This document shows positions 9,439 to 18,880 of a DNA stretch of 64,000 nt, piece after piece (position 1 is the first letter of the stretch; each line of letters opens with the position of its first letter). The stretch lies in contig QOPC01000001.1 in assembly GCA_003331545.1 (NCBI GenBank), forward strand, positions 297-64,296, in the 5' to 3' direction. A program made the position numbers and the translations under genes. The notes under the pieces are model-generated. The model was not told where the DNA came from and ran no database searches. It was given only the letters and a program-made list of their open reading frames with translations. The stretch is from SAR86 cluster bacterium. GTDB lineage: Bacteria; Pseudomonadota; Gammaproteobacteria; Magnimaribacterales; D2472.

Positions 9439-10533
9439 ATGCATTCTGACAAAGAATTAAGCTACTTAACTAAATCTCTATTGCATCATCCAAGTCCATA
9501 CATTATCTATGAGCTTGATGGGTCTATTGCTTGGGCAAATCTCGCTGCAAATTATATTTTCAACTTATCAGGCTTGGATGAAATATCAGTTATTAAAATT
9601 GATGATCAGGTCAAAAACAATTTTGGTGATCTAGAATCCATTGCTCTTTATTACGATACTCCAATTGAAATTTCCTTAAGAGAGATAAATTTTTTAATGA
9701 GAACAAGAGTCCACATGATACCGGTTGATGAGTCGAAGGGCATCATGTTGATAGAGTTGTTATGCTCTTCTAGGTCTGGATTAGATGCCTTAAGAAAGGC
9801 AATAGATTGCATAGAGCATAAAAGGATAGAATTGGCATATCAAAAACAAGTAGATCTTGAGACCAATGAAGTTACTGGCATCGAAGCTCTATTAAGACTT
9901 CAAGATGGCGAGGGTGGGTATTTACCAAATGATGAGATTATTCCCCAGATTGAAGGTGAGAGCTTATTTTCTTTGGTCGTTTTAGAATCATTGGTCCAGT
10001 TAGAAAAATTTTTTGCAATAAAAGATGAGATAGGTTTCAAAGATGCAACTTTGTATTTAAATGTTTCAGCTCACACAATAATGCATCCTGATTTTTGCTC
10101 AATTTTTACTGATTTTGTCGACAAGCACAATCTCTCACCAAATCAATTTGGTTTAGAGGTAACCGAAACTGCTGAGCTATCAGATATAAGCATTGCGTCT
10201 AAGTCTTTAAGTTTGTTAAAAGCAAAGGGCATAAAAATTGCTCTAGATGATTTTGGTGCTGGGTACGCCTCATTAAAATATGTAAGAGATCTTCCAATTG
10301 ATGTGGTGAAATTAGATAAGCACTTTACGTTTAATGTTTCAGATCCCTCTACGGCTAGGCTTATCAGCTTTGTTTCAGAGGTTTGCGAGGATCTTGACTT
10401 GGAGATGATTGGAGAGGGCATTGAGACAGAAGAAGATAAGAAAATGATGTTAGATCTTGGATGCAAAATTGGTCAAGGGTATTTAATGCATCGCCCTGAT
10501 TTTTTGGACTCATTTCAAGTTAAGGAAACATAG
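9439..10533 (+). CDS. EAL-domain c-di-GMP phosphodiesterase with N-terminal PAS-like region
   Basis: EAL signature residues are present: GIEALLRL, YLNVS, EVTET, DDFGAGYASL, KLDK, EGIETEE, GQGY. The protein looks catalytically competent. Confidence 0.88.
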   Translation: MHSDKELSYLTKSLLHHPSPYIIYELDGSIAWANLAANYIFNLSGLDEISVIKIDDQVKNNFGDLESIALYYDTPIEISLREINFLMRTRVHMIPVDESKGIMLIELLCSSRSGLDALRKAIDCIEHKRIELAYQKQVDLETNEVTGIEALLRLQDGEGGYLPNDEIIPQIEGESLFSLVVLESLVQLEKFFAIKDEIGFKDATLYLNVSAHTIMHPDFCSIFTDFVDKHNLSPNQFGLEVTETAELSDISIASKSLSLLKAKGIKIALDDFGAGYASLKYVRDLPIDVVKLDKHFTFNVSDPSTARLISFVSEVCEDLDLEMIGEGIETEEDKKMMLDLGCKIGQGYLMHRPDFLDSFQVKET

Positions 10534-10536
10534 ATT

Positions 10537-12021
10537 ATGGATAAGCTTACTCCAAAAGATACCTCTAAGGGCGCAGAAGAAATTGTACTAACTCAAATTA
10601 AACAAGATTTTATTACGCCTGCAAATGCCATTTTTGATTATGTCGATATAGTTGAAAAATTTCTTAATGATGCCGAGTTAGTATCTGATGATGAAATAGC
10701 TCAGATAAAATCATCATGCACTCATTTAATTGAACAATATGAGGTAGCATTTGTACAAAATACTGGAGCTAATGCTGAAGACGCAAAAAAATCTCCCGAA
10801 GAATACTCTGAGCTTCGTCACAATTTAAGAACTCCACTCAATGCCATTATCGGCTACAGTGAAATATTAATGGAAGATTATGAAGATGACTTAGATGAAT
10901 CTGCCATTAAAGATTTTCAACAAATCATCAATTTGGCAAGGGAGACGGAAAAAGCTATTGAGGTCTTTGTTGATTACATTAGAGGCGAAGCCATAGATCC
11001 AAATAATAATAATGCTTCTAATCAACTTGAATCTGCAGAATCATTATTTAAATCTCTTGGAGACATAGAGTATTCAATCTCACTTGATGATGATATCAAG
11101 GAATCAGATATTTTGATCGTTGACGACAATGTAACTAACTGTGAAGTTCTGCAAAGACGTTTATCAATGCAAGGCCTTACTTGTAGAACTTCATATGATG
11201 GGAAAACCGCGTTAGAAGAAGTCTTTAAAAAGACCCCCGATCTTATTCTTTTGGATGTAATTTTGCCAGACATCAATGGTCTAGAGCTCTTAAAAACTTT
11301 TAGGAAGGAACATAACGCTGAATCACTTCCAGTGATAATGGTTTCAGCTTTTAATGACGTTGATAGTATTTCTAAGTGTATTCAACTCGGGGCTCAAGAT
11401 TATTTACCAAAACCTATTAATGGCACAATTCTATTGGCAAAGGTTGTAGCTGCTTTAGAAAGAAAGTTTTGGAGAGAGCGAGAAAAAGAGCTTGTCAATG
11501 AGTTACATATTCAAGCAACTACTGATCAACTTACAGGAATCTTTAATCGCCGAGTTGTCTTTGAGGCTCTAGATGAAGCAATGGATAAAGCTAATGAATC
11601 TCAGGAAAGACAATTTACTACGATTATGTTTGATATTGATTTTTTCAAACAAGTTAATGACAACTATGGTCATGCAGGCGGCGATGCAGTGCTAATTGAA
11701 TTTGCTAAATTGTTACAAACAGAAATTACATCGCCAAATATTGTTGGTAGGATAGGTGGCGAAGAGTTTTTAGCAATTTTATATTTGAATGAAGATCAAG
11801 CAGCTGAATTTTGTAAAAAATTAATTATAAAAATCAATAATAATACTGTTCACTTTGACGGTATTGATATTAAAATTACTTCAAGCGGCGGCGTTGCATT
11901 TTCAACAGAAACTGAAACCTCTGCTGACCTTACGAACAAAGCTGATGAGCGCCTATACGAGGCAAAGAAATCAGGCAGAAATAGATTTAAATTGATAGAC
12001 ACCGAATTAGTAGGAGACTAA
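10537..12021 (+). CDS. response-regulator diguanylate cyclase (H-box/HisKA-like - REC - GGDEF)
   Basis: N-terminal H-box LRHNLRTPLNAIIGYSEIL with no ATPase domain. REC domain (ILIVDDN...DLILLDVILPDINGLE...KP). GGDEF domain with an intact GGEEF site and upstream RxxD-like context. Confidence 0.9.
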   Translation: MDKLTPKDTSKGAEEIVLTQIKQDFITPANAIFDYVDIVEKFLNDAELVSDDEIAQIKSSCTHLIEQYEVAFVQNTGANAEDAKKSPEEYSELRHNLRTPLNAIIGYSEILMEDYEDDLDESAIKDFQQIINLARETEKAIEVFVDYIRGEAIDPNNNNASNQLESAESLFKSLGDIEYSISLDDDIKESDILIVDDNVTNCEVLQRRLSMQGLTCRTSYDGKTALEEVFKKTPDLILLDVILPDINGLELLKTFRKEHNAESLPVIMVSAFNDVDSISKCIQLGAQDYLPKPINGTILLAKVVAALERKFWREREKELVNELHIQATTDQLTGIFNRRVVFEALDEAMDKANESQERQFTTIMFDIDFFKQVNDNYGHAGGDAVLIEFAKLLQTEITSPNIVGRIGGEEFLAILYLNEDQAAEFCKKLIIKINNNTVHFDGIDIKITSSGGVAFSTETETSADLTNKADERLYEAKKSGRNRFKLIDTELVGD

Positions 12022-12023
12022 TA

Positions 12024-12386
12024 ATGGCAAAGATACTATATGTTGAAGATAACGAAATGAATCGTGACATGCTTTCAAGGCGTCTAACTAGAAGGGGCTA
12101 TGACATCATTATGGCATTTGATGGTCAGGCTGGTTTGGATATGATGAGAAATGATTCACCTGATATTGTCTTGATGGATATGGGATTGCCAATTCTTGAT
12201 GGTTGGGAAGCAACAATTCAAGCCAAGGCCGATGATTCCATTAACTCTATTCCTATAATAGCTTTGACAGCTCACGCATTAGAGTCAGACAAGCAGAAGG
12301 CTTTGGAATGTGGTGCTGATGATTTTGATACAAAACCAGTTGATTTCAAAAGATTGCTTGAAAAAATAGAAGCGCTGCTTAGTTAA
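12024..12386 (+). CDS. single-domain (CheY-like) response regulator
   Basis: 120 aa consisting of a REC domain only: ILYVEDNEMN, DIVLMDMGLPILDG, ALTAHA, TKP. Confidence 0.9.
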   Translation: MAKILYVEDNEMNRDMLSRRLTRRGYDIIMAFDGQAGLDMMRNDSPDIVLMDMGLPILDGWEATIQAKADDSINSIPIIALTAHALESDKQKALECGADDFDTKPVDFKRLLEKIEALLS

Positions 12387-12389
12387 TAA

Positions 12390-15368
12390 TTATTTTTTTA
12401 CAATCCCTTGTATCATTTTAGATAGATTATCCATTGATACGTCATCCTTTTTAACTAAGCCTACAACCCTTTCTTTTAAGAGATCTTCTTGAACGTCTGT
12501 TAAATCTTTTCCAGAGAAAACCAATACTGGGGCTCTTTTGTCCTCAGGAACATCTTTGATGTAGTTATCAAGAAATTCAAACCCATCCATGCGAGGCATT
12601 TCAAGATCGAGGATAATTAAAGCTGGCTCATCTTTCGTTCGCTCTAGGCCTTCCTTCCCATCTCTTGCATCAATTGGTCTGTAGCCTGCATCTTTAAGAA
12701 GTCTAGAAAGCAACTCTCTTACATCCTTATCATCATCAATGACAAGAACCTTTTGATCTTTTCCACCGGTACCAAGAAGTCTCTGAATGGTATTTACAAA
12801 ATGTGTTCTATCGATAGGTTTTGTTAAATAATCATTTGCACCAAGTGAGGCTGCAAGATTAGATTGATTTAATTGACTAATCATAATAACTGGAATGTCC
12901 TTAAGTTCTGAGTCAGTCTTACATTCTTTAAGCAATGACCATCCATCTCTTCCAGGCATCAAGACATCCAGCAGAATTAATTTCGGCTTTACTTCCCGGA
13001 TTAATTCCATACCTTTTTCACTATTTGTTGCCCCAATCAGAGTTAAATTAAGTTTGGATATTGTTCTTTTTATTAGGTCATGCATTGCGACATCATCATC
13101 AACGAGAACCACAAGATTATCGTCAGCATCTAAATTAATAACATTGCTATCGACTTCATCTTCATTATATTCAGGGCATTCTCTAGGAACTGAAAGGGTA
13201 AAAACTGAGCCTTTCCCTTCTTCACTGGTTACAACAACATCACCGCCCATCATTTCTGCAAATTTTTTGGAAATAGGTAATCCCAATCCAGTACCACCAT
13301 AATTGGCAGATGTTGATCGTTCAGCTTGAGTGTATTCCTCAAAAACTTTTGCAACACCTTCTGCACTCATTCCTGCTCCGGTATCAATAACAGCAAAGTC
13401 TATAAACTCAATCTTTCCATCTAGTCGGGACTTAACATCAAGAGTCACAGTCCCATTTTTTGTAAATTTAAATCCATTGCTTAAAAAATTTGTAAGACAT
13501 TGCCTTAGTTTTGTTTCATCTTGGGACATTGACCCCATAGCACCATCTAAGTTAATAACGAAACCATTGTCATTTTTAGCAGCCAATGGTTCTGACACAT
13601 CTTTGATGGTTTGAATCATATGTTCAATTTCAAAACTGGTAATAAATAATTCCATTTTTCCAGCTTCGATTTTAGATAAATCTAGAATATTGTTGATCAG
13701 TGATAATAGATGAGATCCAGAGGATGTAATTTTCTTTAAATCTGGCAGTAGGTCATCGTACCCAAGATCTTCACAATCTTCATAGAGCATTTCTCCGTAT
13801 CCCAAAATGGCGTTAAGCGGTGTTCTAAGTTCGTGACTCATGTTTGCAAAGAATTTAGTTTTTTGATCACTCGCATCTCTTGCTTCATCTCGAGCTGTTT
13901 CCATTTCACCAGTTCTTGCATCGATTAAACCATTCACTTCATCTGACATTCGAGAAAAAGCTACTAACATTAGTTCCACTGAAGCTTCTTCGCTTGAGTT
14001 TCTGTCAGAGTTATCCGCAAGATCTTTCATTTTCTTAATGTCATTAAGAATTAGTGTTCTTGCACTTCCATCTAATTGATCAGCTAATGCTGACATTTTT
14101 TCAATAATAACTTCGTCTCTTTCATGCCTTCTTTCTGCTTGCTCAGCTCGGATTGATTCCATTTCAACAAGATGAGATTTATATGACTTTAAGGCAGTAG
14201 AGAGTTGTCCAACTTCATCGCGCTCTGAGGCCAGTAGGCCTTTTCTGATAGGCATTTCTTGTGTGTGATCACCTTTGGTCAATCCTTCAAGAACTTCAAT
14301 GGCCTTGGTGATTCCTCCGAATGTCCTTGTGGTAATAAAAGCAATTAAAGAAATAATGAAAATAACAAAAGAAATTGCAGCAATATAAGTGAGGTTTAAG
14401 ACATTCGCTGCTCTAAGAATATTCTCTCTTTCATCTTTAAAAACATAGAGCTGAGCCTCATCAGCAGATAGAGATGAGCTTAGTTGAAGCAGGGTAACCG
14501 AGGTTCCTAGTTCAGTATCTTTTTGTGAATATCTTGACCCATTAGTCTCTTTATAAGAAGCGGCTTTGTCGGTTAATTTATTAAAGTTTTCTAAATCAAA
14601 TAAATTATCTTCTGTATCACCAAATTGCTGATAATAATCATTTAGAGAAATTAAACCAGATTCTGTATTAATCGCAGTTCTTACTTCAAACTCATCCTCG
14701 AAAACTTCAAGACCTTTTCTTATATCAACACCCAAGCTAACAATTGCTAATGTCTCGCCCTCTACTTTTACAGGAAATGAAAGAGCCTGATTTAGCGTAG
14801 CTGCTTGCTCATCATTGCTATCTCTAATTTTTACAATCGATTGCCTGGGTCTTGTTGAGGCATCTTTTAAATAAGAGTCAAGATAACTAAAGAAATCTGG
14901 TCTTGCAGCCGGTGAGCAGGGATCAACTCCTAATAGATCTAAAGCACCTCCACAGTAAATTCTCTCCCCGGATGGAAAATAAGCCATTACATAACTTAGG
15001 TTTCCATAATCCAGATCCTCTTCAAAGAAAAGTTCAATTAAATATTGTGCATCTCCAATTCTGTCTGCGCTGATAGTATCAAGCAAAGGATTTGTAAAGA
15101 TATTACTTGAAGCAACTTCGTCAAGAAAAATTTCTGAATCAGGATCCCAGAATGATGCATTCTCTCCTGTTACCGGCAGCCATTTTGACATTACGTCAAA
15201 AGATTTATTGTAAGTTTGATACCAAGCAGATTCGTATAATGTTAAAAGCGATTCATTGGATGAATCTTCCTGAATATTTTCTCTGTAACCAAATGAGAAT
15301 ATAAAGATTGCAGCAACAAGAACATTGCCAATAACCCCAAACAAGAGTAACTGGAGTCTTATCGGCAT
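12390..15368 (-). CDS. hybrid sensor histidine kinase (TM - ~300 aa extracytoplasmic domain - TM - HAMP - HisKA - HATPase - REC - REC)
   Basis: H-box SHELRTPLNAILGYGEML, N/G boxes (NFLSNGFKFT, DTGAGM, GGTGLGL), and two receiver domains (VLVDDD...LLDVLMPGRDG and VLVIDDD...ILDLEMPRMDG). Two TM helices flank a large sensor domain. Confidence 0.92.
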   Translation of the reverse strand: MPIRLQLLLFGVIGNVLVAAIFIFSFGYRENIQEDSSNESLLTLYESAWYQTYNKSFDVMSKWLPVTGENASFWDPDSEIFLDEVASSNIFTNPLLDTISADRIGDAQYLIELFFEEDLDYGNLSYVMAYFPSGERIYCGGALDLLGVDPCSPAARPDFFSYLDSYLKDASTRPRQSIVKIRDSNDEQAATLNQALSFPVKVEGETLAIVSLGVDIRKGLEVFEDEFEVRTAINTESGLISLNDYYQQFGDTEDNLFDLENFNKLTDKAASYKETNGSRYSQKDTELGTSVTLLQLSSSLSADEAQLYVFKDERENILRAANVLNLTYIAAISFVIFIISLIAFITTRTFGGITKAIEVLEGLTKGDHTQEMPIRKGLLASERDEVGQLSTALKSYKSHLVEMESIRAEQAERRHERDEVIIEKMSALADQLDGSARTLILNDIKKMKDLADNSDRNSSEEASVELMLVAFSRMSDEVNGLIDARTGEMETARDEARDASDQKTKFFANMSHELRTPLNAILGYGEMLYEDCEDLGYDDLLPDLKKITSSGSHLLSLINNILDLSKIEAGKMELFITSFEIEHMIQTIKDVSEPLAAKNDNGFVINLDGAMGSMSQDETKLRQCLTNFLSNGFKFTKNGTVTLDVKSRLDGKIEFIDFAVIDTGAGMSAEGVAKVFEEYTQAERSTSANYGGTGLGLPISKKFAEMMGGDVVVTSEEGKGSVFTLSVPRECPEYNEDEVDSNVINLDADDNLVVLVDDDVAMHDLIKRTISKLNLTLIGATNSEKGMELIREVKPKLILLDVLMPGRDGWSLLKECKTDSELKDIPVIMISQLNQSNLAASLGANDYLTKPIDRTHFVNTIQRLLGTGGKDQKVLVIDDDKDVRELLSRLLKDAGYRPIDARDGKEGLERTKDEPALIILDLEMPRMDGFEFLDNYIKDVPEDKRAPVLVFSGKDLTDVQEDLLKERVVGLVKKDDVSMDNLSKMIQGIVKK

Positions 15369-15397
15369 ATTTTACCTGAGTCTATTCGAGCTAGAAC

Positions 15398-15772
15398 TCA
15401 GTCAGCAAGTTTAAAAGTAAGGTCAATCTGAACGTTGTTGACCTTAACTGAAGTTCCATTGTAAGTTGGTGGTTGATATAAAAATTTTCTTACAGCTTTA
15501 ATCGCAGCGCGGTCAAAGACACCAGCAGGGCTACTTTCAACAACATATGGATCAAGGACTGAACCATCAGTATCAACATCAAACTCGAGTCGAACAGATC
15601 CCTCAACTCCAAGTCTGATAGCTCTTCTTGGATATTCAGGTGCAGGATTGGATACTCTGGTTACTTCAATTTCAGTGCCTTCCTCTCCAACATAACCTTT
15701 ATCACCAGCAAACGCAGGTAGAGTAAGTAAAAATGCAAAAAGAAAAAATATAAGAGAATTTAATGGTTTCAT
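15398..15772 (-). CDS. secreted TonB C-terminal-domain-only protein
   Basis: 124 aa. Signal peptide MKPLNSLIFFLFAFLLTLPAFA, then a TonB_C signature (PEYPRRAIRLGVEGSVRLEFDVDTDGSV...FDRAAIKAVRKFLYQP). No TM anchor and no Pro-rich spacer. It lies 29 bp upstream of the hybrid kinase on the same strand. Confidence 0.75.
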   Translation of the reverse strand: MKPLNSLIFFLFAFLLTLPAFAGDKGYVGEEGTEIEVTRVSNPAPEYPRRAIRLGVEGSVRLEFDVDTDGSVLDPYVVESSPAGVFDRAAIKAVRKFLYQPPTYNGTSVKVNNVQIDLTFKLAD

Positions 15773-15914
15773 ATTGATCAGTAGTTAAAAATGTTATAAA
15801 TAGTAATTACTAGTTATACGTAGTAATAATTTACGCATATGATACCAAGAAATTAGATTGGGTGTTAATATCTTTTAAATATTATTATTAGGCTACCGCT
15901 ATCCATCAAAATTC

Positions 15915-16316
15915 ATGAAAAAAGTAAAAGATCATTTAAATGAACAAAAATTTTGGGACATTTTTACTATTTCCGAGAATTCAAGCTTATTTGAAGCCGC
16001 ATCATTGATGAACAAAAATAAAATTGGTGCTTTAATGATTTGCAGGAGTGGGACCGAGAGCCATTTATCAAAATCTTCTATATTAGGAATTTTAACAGAA
16101 AGAGACCTTGTTTATGCATTATCTGGAGGTCCTAAAACTTTTGAAGCAAAAACTGTGAATGATGTCATGACCAGAAAACTGATCCATACATGTCCCGAAA
16201 CTACTAATTCGGAAGCAAAAGAGCTCATGCTTAGTAATCAAATTAGGCATTTACCTGTTTTTTCAGATGAACATCTTGTTGGAATTATCTCCATGCGAGA
16301 TGTTTTTAAAGCCTAG
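15915..16316 (+). CDS. stand-alone CBS-pair domain protein
   Basis: 133 aa with two CBS repeats (GALMIC...GILTERDL and VMTRKLIHT...RHLPVF...GIISMRDV). Confidence 0.8.
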   Translation: MKKVKDHLNEQKFWDIFTISENSSLFEAASLMNKNKIGALMICRSGTESHLSKSSILGILTERDLVYALSGGPKTFEAKTVNDVMTRKLIHTCPETTNSEAKELMLSNQIRHLPVFSDEHLVGIISMRDVFKA

Positions 16317-16333
16317 ATCGTAATTTTTTAATT

Positions 16334-17683
16334 ATGAATTTATTTCAGCGGCTCTCATATACGTCATTAAATTTTTCAACTTCTGCAGCAGGCATGCCAA
16401 TCTTTATATTTGTATTGCCATTTTATGCTGATGATTTGGGACTTGGCTTATCTTTGGTAGGAGTTATATTTTTCCTTGGAAGGTTTACTGACATCTTAAC
16501 CGATCCAGTCATGGGCCTCTTGATTGATAAATATCCATCTAGGTGGGGAAAGCACAAGCATTGGATTTTTCTTTCAGCGCCTATTTTCATGTTGGCGACA
16601 TACTTAATTTTCTTGCCTCCAGTCTTATCTCCATCGATGGTATATTTTTTTGGAGGATTATTTCTGCTTTATTCTGCTTTTACTTTAAGTACCATCACTC
16701 AACTTTCATGGGCTAGCTTTTTAGCCCCTGATTATGATGATCGAACAAAATTATTAACACTCAGAGAGTTAATGGCCCTTTTGGGTATGTTTTCTGTAAT
16801 TGCAATTCCTGCAGTTGTTGAGATTTATGATCCGTCTTTGAAAGCAAAAGTAAATGCTATTGGAATTTTTGTTTTGTTTTGTATTCCAGTTTTAACTTTT
16901 AATGCGCTTAAGCAAACTCCTGATTCAATTGAATTTAAGCAATCAACGAACGCTGATAACTCTTTTAAGAATTTTAGAACTTTATTTTCAAATAAAATGT
17001 TAATAAGAATAGTAACTGCAGCAGTTCTAATAGCTTTTTGTATGAGTTTGAACGGCGCTCTTTATTTAATTTGGATGGAGGTAGTAATGGAACTACCAGA
17101 ATACTCGTCAAGATTAATGCTGATTTATTATATTGTCAGTGTTTTTGGTTTAGCTGTGTGGAGATTCTTAAGCCTAAAAACTTCAAAACATTATGCCGCT
17201 GGGATCTCTTGTATATATGCAATTTTTATTTTAATCATTGGCTTTATTGGTTATTGGTATATAAAAGATCTGGATACAGGTCCCAAGTTAATGGCTGTTG
17301 GAACTTTCATAGTCTTTTATGGATTTTCGTTCTCAGGACCACTTCCACTAATAAATGCAATGACAGCTGATATCTCAGATAAGTTAACAGTTGACGTAGG
17401 AGAGAATATTTCTGGCACTGTTTTTTCTTTTCTCACAACCCTTACAAAAATAGGTTTTGCTCTTGCAGCTGTTGTTCCTTATTTAGTTTTAGAATTATAT
17501 TGGGGATTTGATATCAGTCTTGGCACGGCAAACAGTGAGTCATCAAAAATGGCAATTTATTATATATATACATTCGTTCCGATAATTAGCTATTCTATAG
17601 CAGCTTATCTTTTATTTACTCATTCGTTAGGCAGAGAGGATCATGAAAAAATTAAATCAAAACTAGACAATCATGCAGTATAA
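16334..17683 (+). CDS. MFS-type transporter, GPH (glycoside-pentoside-hexuronide:cation symporter)-like
   Basis: 449 aa, about 12 TM segments. GPH-type loop motif [29 protein letters not shown]. Confidence 0.8.
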   Translation: MNLFQRLSYTSLNFSTSAAGMPIFIFVLPFYADDLGLGLSLVGVIFFLGRFTDILTDPVMGLLIDKYPSRWGKHKHWIFLSAPIFMLATYLIFLPPVLSPSMVYFFGGLFLLYSAFTLSTITQLSWASFLAPDYDDRTKLLTLRELMALLGMFSVIAIPAVVEIYDPSLKAKVNAIGIFVLFCIPVLTFNALKQTPDSIEFKQSTNADNSFKNFRTLFSNKMLIRIVTAAVLIAFCMSLNGALYLIWMEVVMELPEYSSRLMLIYYIVSVFGLAVWRFLSLKTSKHYAAGISCIYAIFILIIGFIGYWYIKDLDTGPKLMAVGTFIVFYGFSFSGPLPLINAMTADISDKLTVDVGENISGTVFSFLTTLTKIGFALAAVVPYLVLELYWGFDISLGTANSESSKMAIYYIYTFVPIISYSIAAYLLFTHSLGREDHEKIKSKLDNHAV

Positions 17684-17843
17684 AAAGTATGAGTGTGTAA
17701 TCTGCGGTTACATATATGACGAAGAACTCGGAGATCCAGATGACGGTTTAGCTCCAGGCACCAGATGGGAAGATATTCCAGATGAGTGGGTATGTCCAGA
17801 TTGTGGTGTCAGCAAATTCGATTTTGAATTGATCGAAGATTAA
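17673..17843 (+). CDS. rubredoxin (56 aa, absent from ORF track because under 60 aa)
   Basis: My own translation is [56 protein letters not shown]. It has the two rubredoxin knuckles CxxCG and CPxCG with canonical spacing. The ATG at 17673 overlaps the MFS stop (17681-17683) by 11 nt, and the TAA stop is at 17841-17843. Confidence 0.9.
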   Translation: MQYKKYECVICGYIYDEELGDPDDGLAPGTRWEDIPDEWVCPDCGVSKFDFELIED

Positions 17844-17849
17844 TAAAGT

Positions 17850-18848
17850 TTACTTATTAATATTTAAAGCCTCTATAGACTCGGACTCATTATAATCATC
17901 TGCATAAAACGTTGAAAAATGTTTTCTAAATTTAGCAATTGGACCATCTGAATCGCATAGCACTGGCTTAGCCGCATACTTTTTATTCTCCCAAACTGGG
18001 ATATCTTCCTTAACCTGTTTATTAATATCTGCAATAATTGCGGCCCCAACACCACCAGTTGGAACTTCACCATTAACCTTTTTTTGTAGAAATGAAAATC
18101 TTGTAATAACTTCTTCTCTTTCGGTTGGAGTTGTTGAGCCGAGCAACAAGGTATCGCATATACCCTCAAATTTTGTAAAATTATCACCTGGCCCATTTGA
18201 AGCACCAGATATTTTACCTTTTACTGTTCCCCTAGGCGTGACCATATCTGCTTTTTGATAAAAAAATCTTTTTTGGTTTTCATAAGTAACTTCAAATTCT
18301 GGATATGAAACAACGCCATGAACATACATAAAATGTGCTGCATCGACTGCATTTTCTGCCATGTCTTGAATATGAGACTTAATATGATATTCAAATTTTT
18401 CAAAATCATCTCCCCATTCAGGATCATCAATTTCAGGATAAATTTCTACCTCATAATGAGGCTCTTCGCCGTGAGGGTGATACCAAGCATAAATTAGTTT
18501 ATTTCGCTCAACGGTTGGGTATTTAAATATTTTAGTTTCCTTTGCCTTTGGAGGGATATTTTTAGCATAGGGTATCTCACCAATTTTACCGTCTGTTTTC
18601 CATCTCCATGCATGAAAAGGGCACTCAATGCATTCACCATTAATAATCCCACCATGTCCAAGATGAGCACCTAAATGTGGGCAATATGCATCCAACATGC
18701 TTACTTCACCAGATTCTGTTCTGAATAAAACTTGATCTTCACCGAAATAGCGAACTGCCTTTACATCCCCAATTTTCAAGTCATCAGCATAGTCAACTAC
18801 GTACCAACCAAATGGAACTGGCATAGGGTATCTTTTATTATCAATCAT
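17850..18848 (-). CDS. Rieske [2Fe-2S] non-heme-iron oxygenase, KshA-like
   Basis: Rieske motif CPHLGAHLGHGG...CPFHAWRW. Catalytic-domain motif AENAVDAAHFMYVHG resembles the mononuclear iron site of the 3-ketosteroid 9-alpha-hydroxylase (KshA) group. 332 aa. Confidence 0.85.
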   Translation of the reverse strand: MIDNKRYPMPVPFGWYVVDYADDLKIGDVKAVRYFGEDQVLFRTESGEVSMLDAYCPHLGAHLGHGGIINGECIECPFHAWRWKTDGKIGEIPYAKNIPPKAKETKIFKYPTVERNKLIYAWYHPHGEEPHYEVEIYPEIDDPEWGDDFEKFEYHIKSHIQDMAENAVDAAHFMYVHGVVSYPEFEVTYENQKRFFYQKADMVTPRGTVKGKISGASNGPGDNFTKFEGICDTLLLGSTTPTEREEVITRFSFLQKKVNGEVPTGGVGAAIIADINKQVKEDIPVWENKKYAAKPVLCDSDGPIAKFRKHFSTFYADDYNESESIEALNINK

Positions 18849-18880
18849 AGTTTGTGGTATTTTAAATGTTTATATTATAT

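Noticed and set aside
12895-13614. 135-aa and 94-aa plus-strand ORFs inside the hybrid kinase gene
   Set aside because: They are antisense shadows of a 992-aa gene with clear HisKA/HATPase/REC motifs. Their Ser/Thr/Ile-rich low-complexity translations carry no motifs.
17038-18430. Alternative-frame ORFs of 110 aa (17038-17370 +), 110 aa (17873-18205 -) and 69 aa (18221-18430 -)
   Set aside because: They are nested in the MFS transporter and Rieske oxygenase genes, whose own frames carry the family motifs. The alternative frames are compositional artefacts of AT-rich DNA.
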